Shown: positions 38,526 through 48,699 of the stretch, piece after piece
Numbering within the stretch: the first letter of the stretch is position 1
Layout of the letters: each line of letters starts with the position of its first letter
Assembly (NCBI GenBank): GCA_965216315.1
Contig: CBDCFN010000015.1
Span: 192,001 to 256,000 of the forward strand
Direction of reading: 5' to 3'
DNA: 64,000 bases
From: a bacterium
GTDB lineage: Bacteria > UBA10199 > 2-02-FULL-50-16 > JAJFLM01
Notes under the pieces: model-generated
The model's database searches: none
Told to the model about the DNA's origin: nothing
Seen by the model: the letters and a program-made list of their open reading frames with translations, nothing else
Translations under genes and position numbers: made by a program

Positions 38526-39208
38526 GCAAAGCGCTCCTTCATCCGCTCCCAAATCCCCGCTTCTTTATACGCACGGATGGAACGCAGACAAGATTCACAT
38601 TGACTACATTGGATTGAGTCCGCCTCATAACAGCTCCAAACCAAATCGAAAGGAACATCCATTTCGATACCCTGACGCACAATCGTCGCTTTATCCCAGT
38701 CTTGCGTGTAACTGACGACCTGCACTTTGTTAAGAGTCGAATAGCTCAAAAATTGAGTTGCCACCTCGACGAAGGCCGCACTATTATCGGGAAACGTCAC
38801 CGCTTCTTCCGCATTAAAACCTGTCACAACCCACTGGGCATGTCGCTCTTCAGCATGGGCCGCAGCAATATTCAGAAAGATCCCATTGCGATTCGGGATC
38901 CAGACGGCCTGTGCGGATTCCGTCGTTCGCACTTTATCATCGAGCTCATCGTTCGCTAATAACGGCAAGGCACGCTCACGGTTTGTCAGTGCACTCTGGC
39001 CCAACGACGCCAGCCAGGGAAGTTTGATAGCTTGAAAAGGAACCTTCAAGCGTTGCGCAATCTCTCGGGCTGCATTCCGCTCCGGAGTGGCCGCTCGTTG
39101 ACCATAGTCAAAATAGAGGGCGAGGCACGGCGGACTGAACTCACGGGCACGATACGCCGAAACACACGAATCGAGTCCCCCGGAGAGGATAAGCACTGAA
39201 GATGTCAT
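38522..39208 (-). CDS. queC: 7-cyano-7-deazaguanine synthase
   Basis: LSGGLDS, FDYGQR, WIPNRNGIFL, FPDNS, WSCY..CSQCESC. Confidence 0.95.
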   Translation of the reverse strand: MTSSVLILSGGLDSCVSAYRAREFSPPCLALYFDYGQRAATPERNAAREIAQRLKVPFQAIKLPWLASLGQSALTNRERALPLLANDELDDKVRTTESAQAVWIPNRNGIFLNIAAAHAEERHAQWVVTGFNAEEAVTFPDNSAAFVEVATQFLSYSTLNKVQVVSYTQDWDKATIVRQGIEMDVPFDLVWSCYEADSIQCSQCESCLRSIRAYKEAGIWERMKERFA

Positions 39209-39225
39209 GGGGAAAGGCTAAGCTA

Positions 39226-39873
39226 TTATACCGCTTCCGGCAACTGCAGGCTGAGATAATCACGATAGGCATTCATGACCTTAAGGTAGTAGCGCCGAGA
39301 GGGATTCTGGCCCCGCTTGACCTGGCGGCCAACGGCCGTCGGACCCATGTTGTAGGCTGCAAGGACATGGTACCAATTATCCGCCCCAAAGCGTTCCCTT
39401 AAAAAAGAGAGATAACTGACCCCAGCCTCAATATTAGCCGTCGGGTCTTGCAACAGACCCATTGCAGAGCCATAGGGACGGACATCCAGCTCAAGCTCAC
39501 GGAGCACGATCGGCTTGATCTGCATGAGGCCAACGGCGCCCGCGTAAGAAACGACTTCAGGTCGGAACGTGCTCTCTACCTTAATAATAGACAGGACCAT
39601 GAGGGGGTCCATTTGGTTTTTCTTGGCAACATGCAAGACCTGCTCGGCAATGCGCCGCTGTTCCGGTACGGAGATCTGCTGCGACTCCTGCCGAATAATC
39701 TGCTGGACCCGCATCGTGGCCTCATGGCCGTAACGACTCGCCAGTCCCGCTGATCCTACGCCGGTGCGCAGTTCTAAGTTATGGTTAATAATGCCTAATG
39801 CGAGGGAGAGGGCAAACAGGGCCGTCCAGAGGATATTCCAGCGATATAGGGGGTTGATCAGTATTTTTGTCAT
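39226..39873 (-). CDS. SLT-domain lytic transglycosylase
   Basis: IIKVESTF, SYAGAVGLMQI, LAAYNMGP. Start uncertain (39873-39906). Confidence 0.9.
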   Translation of the reverse strand: MTKILINPLYRWNILWTALFALSLALGIINHNLELRTGVGSAGLASRYGHEATMRVQQIIRQESQQISVPEQRRIAEQVLHVAKKNQMDPLMVLSIIKVESTFRPEVVSYAGAVGLMQIKPIVLRELELDVRPYGSAMGLLQDPTANIEAGVSYLSFLRERFGADNWYHVLAAYNMGPTAVGRQVKRGQNPSRRYYLKVMNAYRDYLSLQLPEAV

Positions 39874-39888
39874 CGTGACCATAGATTG

Positions 39889-39905
39889 TGCAATCCCTAT
39901 GCCCA
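39889..39905 (-). promoter_or_regulatory. Possible sigma54 promoter for the SLT gene
   Basis: Minus strand TGGGCATAGGGATTGCA (GG-N10-GC). Confidence 0.5.
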
Positions 39906-40092
39906 CGGCAAGTAATCCCCCTTAACTAACCGATATCATTAAATTAATAATCTTTATCGACCCACGGACCCCCCTCAAAATCCGCCTCAATCTGACCTCA
40001 ATACCCCCCCAAAGCGATGTCCGCAGTCCCCACACCTACGCAATCCTCTCAGCCCACCTTTAATTAAGGGGTTCCCCTAGAGAGCAACGTCA

Positions 40093-40171
40093 GATGAGGG
40101 ATTGTTAAGGGAGAGCGCGGTATCTCTCCCTTAACTAAAGCCTCCTGGAAGCTGTGCTTTCAGGAGGCGAA
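40093..40171 (+). repeat. Repeat family R2, copy B
   Basis: GATGAGGGATTGTTAAGGGAGAGCGCGGTATCTCTCCCTTAACTAAAGCCTCCTGGAAGCTGTGCTTTCAGGAGGCGAA. Confidence 0.85.
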
Positions 40172-40262
40172 ACGAGTTACCCCGCCTTCCGGTATGCCCT
40201 TAAAAAGGGCTCCAGACAAAGGCGGGGCGAGGGAGGTACTTTTAATGGATGACGCTAACGCG

Positions 40263-40892
40263 TTAAGCGGCCTTCTTATTTATCGTGTTAAGCCGTTTCT
40301 CCAGATTTGAGATCTTCTTCTGGAGCTTAACGAGTTCACCATGCGACGGAATACTCAAGATGCTTAAGACCTGCTCCTTGGTGTTACTCGCGGAAACGCG
40401 GGCCCGTGCAATCCACTCAGTGGCGTTAATGCGATCACGCAAATCTTCCAGATTGCGCTTAGCTTCGCTAATGATGCGATCGCGATTGGCGGCGTTGAAC
40501 GGAATTAATTCAACATCCTTCGCACGATCAACAACGTCCTCGGCCAGACGGCGGATTTCCCGCTCCAGGTCTTCTTTTTTATCCGCAGCAACAGTGTAAA
40601 TGCCATTGGCACGAACCTTTTCTAACAGGTCCTCAACACTGTTCCGAAGCTCACTCGTCGCTTCTTCGGCACGATCGATCACCCGCTTGGCAATCTTTTC
40701 CGCTTCAACCTCGATCTTGTTGATCAGATCCGTCAAAGAATCGAGTTTTGCGATCGAAATTCTTGAATTGCGTTTCGGAGCGCTGCGCTTCTTAGTCGCC
40801 TTGCTTGCCTTCTTGGCAGGACTTTTCTTGGCAGCCGGACGCTTGCGCGTCGTCTTCTTCAAAGTCTTAGTAGCTTTTTTCGTAGTGGCCAT
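40263..40892 (-). CDS. Protein with Lys/Ala-rich histone-H1-like N-terminus and amphipathic helical (phasin-like) body
   Basis: KKATKTLKKTTRKRPAAKKSPAKKASKATKK; C-terminal LSIPSHGELVKLQKKISNLEKRL; GAGGAGG SD. Confidence 0.7.
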   Translation of the reverse strand: MATTKKATKTLKKTTRKRPAAKKSPAKKASKATKKRSAPKRNSRISIAKLDSLTDLINKIEVEAEKIAKRVIDRAEEATSELRNSVEDLLEKVRANGIYTVAADKKEDLEREIRRLAEDVVDRAKDVELIPFNAANRDRIISEAKRNLEDLRDRINATEWIARARVSASNTKEQVLSILSIPSHGELVKLQKKISNLEKRLNTINKKAA

Positions 40893-41074
40893 TCCTAGTA
40901 CCTCCTCTTTAAGATAAATAAACGCGATATGCGCGGTTTAGCCTTTTCCTAACAATCAGGCCCCACAGGTAACACGGCGCGTTAAAGTTGTCAACAGTTT
41001 TTGTGCACCGTGTCATACACTGTTTTGTTTCACGCCACATATTACAACTAACTGAAATTATTAAATATATTAAG

Positions 41075-42805
41075 TTAGCGGGCGGCCTGAATTTGTTGGA
41101 TCTTTAGCTGAATACTGCGCTGGCCCCGGAACTCATTCCATTCGGGACGATAGGCAAGACGAAAGAATTCCGCCTCTCGTTGCGACTCATAAATCGCCGC
41201 CAGATTGAAACCGATTGCTGACCATTGGCGACTCTCACCGGCCACTGTCACCTTGAGGTGTTGATCCCCGAGAATGCGCGGGCTCACCAAGCGCACCGAC
41301 TCCGTAACAAAAAGAGGCGCCCGAAAACCCATGCCATAGGGACCGATCCGAATCAGGTCATTCACCACCTGTTCACAAATCTCGGCGGTTGTTAAGACCT
41401 GATCAATCTTGAGCGTGGCGCGAAAGCCTTCTGGCGCCAAAGCCGCAACGGCCGCTTGGAGAGCAACGGTAAAATCAGTCAGTTGGGCCGCATCAATCTT
41501 AAGCCCCGCGGCCGCCTGATGACCTCCATAGCGAAGCAAGTGTTCTGAGCAAGCCGCAATTGCATCATAAACACTGACGCCCCCATAGGTGCGCGCACTG
41601 CCAACACCCACATCACCTTGGAGCGCGATGACAATCGCCGGGCGTTTGAAGTGTTCTGTCAACTTAGCCGCAACGATGCCCATGACACCGGGATGCCATT
41701 GATCGGCGGCCACCACGATCGCCCATTGTTTGTGCGCCTCGTCTTGACTCTCCACCTGGGCAATGGCTTCAGCAATCATCTGGGCTTCCACTTTGCGGCG
41801 CTCTTGATTGAGCTGATCCAAATGTTGGGCAAGATGATCGGCCTCTCGTCTATCTTGAGTCGTCAATAACTGAACTCCCAAACGCGCATCCGCCATACGT
41901 CCGGCGGCATTGAGACGCGGGGCGATTTGAAAACCGACTTCCCAGGTATCCACGGCCCTACCACTCGTCGACGTCACTGCCTTGAGAGCCGCAATGCCGG
42001 GGCGTTGTCCGGTTTCGAGGATCTGCAGTCCATAGCGCACCAGCAAGCGATTCTGCCCCAACAAAGGAACCATGTCCGCAACCGTACCCAAGCATGCAAG
42101 ATCAAGTTCCTCTTTGAGATCCGGTTCGCTCCGACCGCGAAAAAAATCCTGTGCTCTCAACTGAGCACGTAAAGCAATCACGAGATTAAACACAAGTCCC
42201 GCACTGCACAGAGTCTTATCGGGATGCAAACTTTCCGGGTGCTTCGGATTGACAAGGGCCTCACACGGAGGAATCTTGGTTGGACTCTCATGATGATCCA
42301 CAACAATCACTCGTAAGCCATTGGCGCGCGCCCATTCGAGTTCTTCAAAGGCACTCGTTCCATTATCAATGGTCACCACGACGTCAGCACCAGTTGCCTT
42401 GATGCGTTCAAGTCCGGCTATACTAACACCATAACCGTCGTGAATCCGGTCGGGAATGAACACATCGACATCAAGCCTGCAGTGCTTAAGAAACTGGGAG
42501 AGAATCGCACATCCCGTCATCCCGTCCACATCATAATCGCCGAATAAAGCGACGCGCTGTCCCTGTTCGATGGCCTCGATAAGCACACGGCAGGCATCCT
42601 GAATTCCCGGAATCTGCATGGGGTCAGGAAGATCGGCCAAACGCCCATTAAGATGTTGATGAATTTCACCTGATTCCGTCAGACCTCGGTTGATAAGGCA
42701 CTGAGCGACGACCGGCGAAAGTCCGTGTTCAGCGGCTAGTTGGTTAGCGAGGGCTTGTTGGGGTTCTTGGATAATCCATTCAGCGTCGCAGCTGATGAAA
42801 CTCAC
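41075..42805 (-). CDS. recJ: ssDNA exonuclease RecJ
   Basis: GDYDVDG, TIDNG, VDHH, GTVADMVPL, PRLNAAGR, GGHQAAAG. Confidence 0.96.
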   Translation of the reverse strand: MSFISCDAEWIIQEPQQALANQLAAEHGLSPVVAQCLINRGLTESGEIHQHLNGRLADLPDPMQIPGIQDACRVLIEAIEQGQRVALFGDYDVDGMTGCAILSQFLKHCRLDVDVFIPDRIHDGYGVSIAGLERIKATGADVVVTIDNGTSAFEELEWARANGLRVIVVDHHESPTKIPPCEALVNPKHPESLHPDKTLCSAGLVFNLVIALRAQLRAQDFFRGRSEPDLKEELDLACLGTVADMVPLLGQNRLLVRYGLQILETGQRPGIAALKAVTSTSGRAVDTWEVGFQIAPRLNAAGRMADARLGVQLLTTQDRREADHLAQHLDQLNQERRKVEAQMIAEAIAQVESQDEAHKQWAIVVAADQWHPGVMGIVAAKLTEHFKRPAIVIALQGDVGVGSARTYGGVSVYDAIAACSEHLLRYGGHQAAAGLKIDAAQLTDFTVALQAAVAALAPEGFRATLKIDQVLTTAEICEQVVNDLIRIGPYGMGFRAPLFVTESVRLVSPRILGDQHLKVTVAGESRQWSAIGFNLAAIYESQREAEFFRLAYRPEWNEFRGQRSIQLKIQQIQAAR

Positions 42806-43719
42806 TAGGCTTTCTTTCCAGAGACAGCAGGTGATACCCGAGGCCACCACTTGTGGACCAGAAGATAAACGGGGCTCGCCACAAAAATTGACGAGTAGGT
42901 CCCGGCAATGACCCCAACGATCAGGGCAAAAGCAAAGTCCCTAATCGCCCCTTCAGCGATGACATACAGCACGACCACCACAAAAAGCACGGTGATTGAA
43001 GTAATAAGCGTCCGACTCATCACCTGGTTGATAGACTTGTTAATGATTTCTTCCGTCTCTTCTCCGAGATCCGCCGCAGTATTCTCACGAATTCGATCAT
43101 AGAGAATAATCGTATCGTTGATAGAATAGCCGAGTATGGTCAGCAGCGCCGCGACGGAGGTCAGGCTAAAACTCGCTTGCACTAATGCGATAGCGCCGAG
43201 AGTAATCATGATATCGTGAACAAGAGCCACGATGGCACCGGGTGCAAACTGGAAATCAAAACGGAAACCAATATAAATGAGGATTAGTAAACAACTGACC
43301 AGGATGGCCACCTGAGCCTTACGGCGTAACTCTTTTCCCGCCTTGGGACCCACCGATTCTTGCTGTTGAAGCGTCACTTGATCCGCCCCAAAGACCCCTT
43401 GAATTGCTACGGTAATTGGGTCGGTCGCATCATCAACGCCCTCCGGTGCCAAACCTGCTTTGATGGAAAAACGATTTTCGTCCGCATCTCCATAATGGCG
43501 AACCGTTGCATCGCTGATACCCGCCTGGTCCAGCGCCTCGCGGATCTGCCCTTCAGTGACGGCTTCACTAAAACTATAGAGCAGTTTGCGCCCGCCGGTA
43601 AAATCCGTATCAAAGTTCAGTCCCTTCGTCGCCACCAAATATATAGAGGCCACTACGACAACGAGCGAAAGTACGGCCGAAGGGATGCGATATTTAGTAA
43701 AAGCGATATGTGTTCTCAT
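42805..43719 (-). CDS. secF: Protein translocase subunit SecF
   Basis: DFTGG, VGPKAGKEL, GYSINDTIILYDRIRE, GTYSSIFVA. Confidence 0.97.
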   Translation of the reverse strand: MRTHIAFTKYRIPSAVLSLVVVVASIYLVATKGLNFDTDFTGGRKLLYSFSEAVTEGQIREALDQAGISDATVRHYGDADENRFSIKAGLAPEGVDDATDPITVAIQGVFGADQVTLQQQESVGPKAGKELRRKAQVAILVSCLLILIYIGFRFDFQFAPGAIVALVHDIMITLGAIALVQASFSLTSVAALLTILGYSINDTIILYDRIRENTAADLGEETEEIINKSINQVMSRTLITSITVLFVVVVLYVIAEGAIRDFAFALIVGVIAGTYSSIFVASPVYLLVHKWWPRVSPAVSGKKA

Positions 43720-45443
43720 TAGACACTCAACTTATCTGGGTTGCGCCCATAGACATACCAGGTCTGCAATAGCTTGGTGAACACCAGGGCTGTAAATAAA
43801 GTCGTCGTTATGCCAATCATCAGCGTAACCGCAAAACCACGGATGGGGCCCGTTCCAAATTGATAGAGGACCACTCCCGCTAAAAAAGTCGTTACATTCG
43901 CATCAATAATCGCACTCGTTGCATTGCTATAACCGGCTTCCATCGCCGCCCGCGCCTTGCGACCATCGCGCACCTCTTCTCGAATCCGCTCAAAGACAAT
44001 GATATTGGCATCCACCGCCATCCCGAGCGTGAGAATAATCCCCGCCAGCCCCGGAAGGGTCAACGTCGCCTGAAATAAGGTGAGGATGGAAAAAAGCAGG
44101 AGAACATTGACCGTTAACGCCACCGTCGCAAAAATCCCGGACAGTTTATAATAAATCATCATAAAGATAACGACGAGCAGACCTCCGATCAGCAAGGCCT
44201 TGATGCCTTTTTCAATGGAGATCTTACCCAGCGACGGACCAATGATCGTTTTGGTCCGCTCTTCCAAGGTTGCCGGCAAGGCCCCCTCACGAAGCACCAA
44301 GGTCAGGTCCTCGGCCTCGCGCAACAAACTCTGATAATCACCATAGCCCAAGGTGATCTGCGCGCGCCCCTGGGGGATCTTTGATTTAATGACCGGGGCC
44401 GAACTGACACGATCATCTAAAACAATCGCCAAACGCTTATTGACGTTGGCGCCGGTCAATTCACCGAATAGCTCCGCCCCCGCATCATTAAAAGTAAGAC
44501 TGACGTAAGGCTCATTGCCCTGTACCTGCACTTGCGCGTCCGACAACATATCGCCGGTTAGCTCGGCTTTTCTCTTGAGCAAATAAGGCGTCCCCCCGGT
44601 AATTTTTTTAGCCACCGGATCGTATTTTACGGAGAACGACACCTCATCACCCTCAGGAATCTTGTCTTTGAGTGCCGCGCGGATTGCAGCCACATCCTTG
44701 TCGGTATACCCTTTGATGTCCTGTTCTTGACGAACCTCCGCCACCAATTGTGCTAAGGTGGCATCATTGATTTCCTCATCAACGAGTTTGAACTCGAGAC
44801 GCCCTCCCCGTTTAATCAGCTGGATGGCGCGTTCCGGGTCACGCACGCCGGGCAATTCCACGGCAATTTTTTCGGTCCCTAACTTCTGAATAGAGGGTTC
44901 GGACACCCCGTGTTTATCAATGCGGTTACGAATGGTCTCAACCGCCTGCCTCATGGTGAGATCTTTGGTCCGTTGTTGAAACGAAGGCGTCAGCATCAAG
45001 ACATTGTTGGTCGCGTCACTTTCCTCAGGGACACGTGCAAGTACTCCATCGTAATTATTAATGATGTAAGACCGAAACTTCTGGCTGGCGGCTTCATCAG
45101 GAAGAGCCACCTTGATCTTGTATGAATCGGGAACACGCTCAATACTCGTCACTTGAATTTTTTCGCGCTTCAACAAACGTTCCAGCTCAGACGCGAGTAT
45201 ATCCGCCCGGGCCTGTAAGGCCTCCTCAATCACCACATCAAACTCAATATAGATACCTCCGCGCAGGTCCAGGCCGAGGTTAAGCCCTTTTTTGGGAAAA
45301 ATTCCCGCAACCGCCGGCAACTTCGCCGCATCCCCTTCGGCCAATTCATTACTCCAACCCATCAGGGTCGGAGTGAGCACATAAAGAGAGGCCACGATAG
45401 CCACGGCAATACTCAGAGCTTTCCAACGCCAATTCTCGGGCAT
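43719..45443 (-). CDS. secD: Protein translocase subunit SecD
   Basis: LGLDLRGG, IRNRIDKHGVSEP, TLPGLAGIILTLGMAVDANIIVFERIREE. Confidence 0.97.
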   Translation of the reverse strand: MPENWRWKALSIAVAIVASLYVLTPTLMGWSNELAEGDAAKLPAVAGIFPKKGLNLGLDLRGGIYIEFDVVIEEALQARADILASELERLLKREKIQVTSIERVPDSYKIKVALPDEAASQKFRSYIINNYDGVLARVPEESDATNNVLMLTPSFQQRTKDLTMRQAVETIRNRIDKHGVSEPSIQKLGTEKIAVELPGVRDPERAIQLIKRGGRLEFKLVDEEINDATLAQLVAEVRQEQDIKGYTDKDVAAIRAALKDKIPEGDEVSFSVKYDPVAKKITGGTPYLLKRKAELTGDMLSDAQVQVQGNEPYVSLTFNDAGAELFGELTGANVNKRLAIVLDDRVSSAPVIKSKIPQGRAQITLGYGDYQSLLREAEDLTLVLREGALPATLEERTKTIIGPSLGKISIEKGIKALLIGGLLVVIFMMIYYKLSGIFATVALTVNVLLLFSILTLFQATLTLPGLAGIILTLGMAVDANIIVFERIREEVRDGRKARAAMEAGYSNATSAIIDANVTTFLAGVVLYQFGTGPIRGFAVTLMIGITTTLFTALVFTKLLQTWYVYGRNPDKLSV

Positions 45444-45446
45444 AAC

Positions 45447-45890
45447 TTACTTCTTTTTTTCCTTAGAGTCTTTTTTTTCAGCTGGTTCGGCCCCCGTGAG
45501 CACTTGGGCCACCTGTTTCTTATCCAACTTGATGCGGACATTTTCGGCAATCTCCACACCAACCGTCGCATCAGTGACCGAAGTAATCTTTCCGAAGATG
45601 CCCGAAGCCGTCACGACCTCGTCGCCCCGTTTCACTTCGCTGAGCATCGCTGCGTGTTTCTTTTGTTGTTTCGCTTGGGGACGAATGAGGAGAAAATAGA
45701 AGATCAAGAAAACCAAGATCATCGGCATAAAGAGACCGAGACCGCCGCCGGCTCCCTTGCCGCCTTCCCCGCCTGGAGCCGACATCGCCCAAGAGACGAT
45801 GGGTAGAAGACTTAATAAAATTCCCCCGAGGCCCCCTTTATAAAGAGGGGAAGCCCAGGTGCTAATCAATGCCTTGCGCCCGTTTCTCAT
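45447..45890 (-). CDS. yajC: Preprotein translocase subunit YajC
   Basis: IFYFLLIRPQAKQQKKH..GDEVVTASGIFGKI. Start uncertain. Confidence 0.95.
   Translation of the reverse strand: MRNGRKALISTWASPLYKGGLGGILLSLLPIVSWAMSAPGGEGGKGAGGGLGLFMPMILVFLIFYFLLIRPQAKQQKKHAAMLSEVKRGDEVVTASGIFGKITSVTDATVGVEIAENVRIKLDKKQVAQVLTGAEPAEKKDSKEKKK
45817..45851. repeat. Repeat family R1 half copy, in the yajC 5' region
   Basis: AAAATTCCCCCGAGGCCCCCTTTATAAAGAGGGGA; translates as PLYKGGLGGIL. Confidence 0.65.
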
Positions 45891-47010
45891 AAAATTCCTT
45901 TTTAAAGGCCACGAAACGATCGGCCTCGATAGCCACCCTCATCTCGCGCATCAAGTTCAAATAATAATAAAGGTTGTGATACGTCCCCAACCGTGAAGCC
46001 AAAATCTCTTTAGATACAAAGAGATGGCGAAGGTAGGCCCTACTATAATGACGACAAGTCGTGCAAGAACAATCTTGCTGAATAGGGCGCTCATCCCGGC
46101 TAAAGCCCGAATTACGGATGTTCATGTCGCCGTAACTCGTGAAGAACTGGCCATTGCGGGCATTGCGCGTCGGCAGGACACAATCAAACAGATCGGAACC
46201 GGCGGCGACCCCTTCGACGAGGTCTTCCGGATAGCCCATGCCCATCAGGTAACGCGGCAGGCTTGCGGGAATCCGCGGCGTAATTGCTGAAACGATCTTG
46301 CGCGTCTCAGCAATGGGCTCACCAATAGCCAATCCGCCCAGCGCAATCCCGGCAAAACCTTCACCGGGAGATTTCTCATTGAATTCAAGTAAGCGTTCCA
46401 GACATTCTTGTCGCAAATCGCTATAGACCGAGCCTTGGACAATACCGAAAAGTCCTTTGTCCGCAGGCGATGAAGATCGAAAATGTTGAAGACTCTGTTC
46501 TTCCCACTGCAGGGAAAGCTCCATGGAACGCCGCGCTTCTTCCGCGGTCGCCGGATAAGGTGTACATTCATCCAGCACCATGATGATGTCACTGTCCAAG
46601 GCAAGTTGGATTTCGATCGAACGCGCGGGGCTTAAGAAAAATTCCGTCCCATCGACGTGGGAACGGAACCGTATCCCCTCCGGTTCGAGCTTGCGCGTCG
46701 CCGCCAACGAATAGGCTTGGTACCCCCCGGAATCCGTCAGGATGAGCCCCGGCCACTGCATGAATCGATGGAGACCCCCGAGTTCCGCAATCGTCTTCTC
46801 ACCCGGTCGCACCATCAGATGATAGGTATTGCAAACCAACAGCTCGGTCCCGATGGCATCGAGTTCATCGACCGTCATCGCCTTGACCGTCGCCTGGGTT
46901 CCGACCGGCATAAAGGCCGGCGTATGAACCCGCCCACGAGCGGTCTCAATCAAACCCGTCCGCGCTTCACTCTCGGACGAATTCGCATCGATTTGGAATG
47001 AAAAGGCCAT
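45862..47010 (-). CDS. tgt: tRNA-guanine transglycosylase
   Basis: TPAFMPVGT, NTYHL, LTDSGGYQ, DCVLPTRNARNG, CSCTTC..HN. Confidence 0.97.
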   Translation of the reverse strand: MAFSFQIDANSSESEARTGLIETARGRVHTPAFMPVGTQATVKAMTVDELDAIGTELLVCNTYHLMVRPGEKTIAELGGLHRFMQWPGLILTDSGGYQAYSLAATRKLEPEGIRFRSHVDGTEFFLSPARSIEIQLALDSDIIMVLDECTPYPATAEEARRSMELSLQWEEQSLQHFRSSSPADKGLFGIVQGSVYSDLRQECLERLLEFNEKSPGEGFAGIALGGLAIGEPIAETRKIVSAITPRIPASLPRYLMGMGYPEDLVEGVAAGSDLFDCVLPTRNARNGQFFTSYGDMNIRNSGFSRDERPIQQDCSCTTCRHYSRAYLRHLFVSKEILASRLGTYHNLYYYLNLMREMRVAIEADRFVAFKKEFYEKRAQGID

Positions 47011-47113
47011 GGGCTCACCCTCTTAACCTATCAATAACACTTCGACAAGAAATCGCGTCTTGGCTGATCGGGGTCCAATATGCTAGCCCTGTCGCCTCAG
47101 TGAGGAGGACTGC

Positions 47114-47344
47114 ATGGAATCCGAATTCTTATTTGCAACGATGTTTAATCTGGGAATTAACCTTATCTACACCATCTTGGCGCTGGTCTTAGGTATTGTC
47201 GCTCTTGTCGTCATCGACAAGAAATTACTGAAGTCGATTATCGTTGAGGACGAGTTAAAGAATGGGAATATCGCGATCGCTATTTTCGCCTCAACGATCT
47301 TGATCTTTGTGGCCCTCATCGTTTCGTTCGGCCTCAAAGGGTGA
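47114..47344 (+). CDS. DUF350-like small membrane protein
   Basis: Two TMs flanking EDELKNGNIAIAI; GAGGAGG SD. Confidence 0.75.
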   Translation: MESEFLFATMFNLGINLIYTILALVLGIVALVVIDKKLLKSIIVEDELKNGNIAIAIFASTILIFVALIVSFGLKG

Positions 47345-47359
47345 CCAAGGTAGTCCGCA

Positions 47360-48172
47360 GTGAAACGATCTAAATTCGCCATCTTTGTTGTAATTGTACT
47401 CTTGATCCTGCCTTACGTGTACCGACAGTTACAGGATAAAAATGAGGTTCAATCGAACATTGATGCCTCCTTAGCAGAGCTCAACAAGAAAATGTCACAA
47501 CCGGTGAACCAAGCCGGCTTCATCGAGGAAGTCGGTTCGGGCAATGTCCTCACAGAACAACACGTTCAATATACTGTCAGGGATTTGAGTCGCGAAACCC
47601 AAGCTCGGGTCCGCTCCTGGACTTTCGGCCAGGCGCCGACGGCGACATTATCCGCCCAGGGTCTCGACACCCTCCATCACTTTGTAAACAGTTATCTGAT
47701 CGGATTCAAACCATTCGATACCGATAAAATTTGGGTTCCCCTCTATACCTTGGCGTTGCGGAAAAAATACCAATACGATCATCTGCAATACAGTGGGCTC
47801 ACGGATATTTGGCAGAACTCTTTGCAAGCATACTATTATACCCGTGGTGATTGCGAGGACCATGCAATTGCATTGGCCGACTGGCTGATCAGTGCCGGTC
47901 ATGATGCCCGTGTCGTCTTAGGTAATTTCAAAGGAGGTGGCCACGCATGGGTCGTCTTGCTGCAGGACGGAAAGGAATATATTATTGAAGCCACCAATAA
48001 AGAGAAAATACGAAAACTCAAACATTATCCGCTCGCTCGCCTCGCGACTCAATACCATCCCAAATACCAATTTAACCGCACCAATTTTTGGGCCAATACG
48101 GGAAACCAATTCACAACCCGTTATTCGGGTTCTCACTGGGTCTTACGGTCCCGATTTAGTGGCACGCTGTAA
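47360..48172 (+). CDS. Transglutaminase-like cysteine protease domain protein
   Basis: GDCEDHAI, GHAWV, IEAT; N-terminal anchor. Confidence 0.8.
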   Translation: MKRSKFAIFVVIVLLILPYVYRQLQDKNEVQSNIDASLAELNKKMSQPVNQAGFIEEVGSGNVLTEQHVQYTVRDLSRETQARVRSWTFGQAPTATLSAQGLDTLHHFVNSYLIGFKPFDTDKIWVPLYTLALRKKYQYDHLQYSGLTDIWQNSLQAYYYTRGDCEDHAIALADWLISAGHDARVVLGNFKGGGHAWVVLLQDGKEYIIEATNKEKIRKLKHYPLARLATQYHPKYQFNRTNFWANTGNQFTTRYSGSHWVLRSRFSGTL

Positions 48173-48212
48173 TTGATTGCCGCCAGCGGCTAAACTGCAG
48201 TATAGAGACGCC

Positions 48213-48599
48213 GTGAAGTTTTTGCGTCTTATAATCACCCTCATGCTGCTCGTCAGCGCGCCTTCCCTAACGAAGGCCGCCGATGAAATCGCTGACGCCA
48301 ATCCAGATGTCGATTTCTCAGACCTTATCGTCGGCATCAGCTACGCGATAAGCGCACCGGAGGCCACGGACTCTTGTTTATGCGACTGGTCGCTCTCTAA
48401 TGAATTTATCGCCGCTCTCAATCCTGCCGATGAATGCGACACCCTACTCATCGTCTTTATCCGCGGGGGTGGGCAATTGACTGTCGAGCTTGACTGCGAA
48501 GGGGAGGAAATAACCGAGTTCACTCAAGTTTTCATGGCACACACCCCTGACCCGGCATTAACTATATTCAAAGGAAGTGGCTGCTCACTACGCCCTTGA
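48213..48599 (+). CDS. Small secreted protein with short GSGCSLRP tail
   Basis: Signal peptide after GTG 48213; C-terminal FKGSGCSLRP. Confidence 0.6.
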   Translation: MKFLRLIITLMLLVSAPSLTKAADEIADANPDVDFSDLIVGISYAISAPEATDSCLCDWSLSNEFIAALNPADECDTLLIVFIRGGGQLTVELDCEGEEITEFTQVFMAHTPDPALTIFKGSGCSLRP

Positions 48600-48699
48600 C
48601 CATTTTTACAATCTTTTAACATCGGTTCGCTTGATTTCTTCGACAAAAGCACGCAGCCTTCAAAGATAGTTATGGAAATATCTTTCTAGGAGGTTCAGG

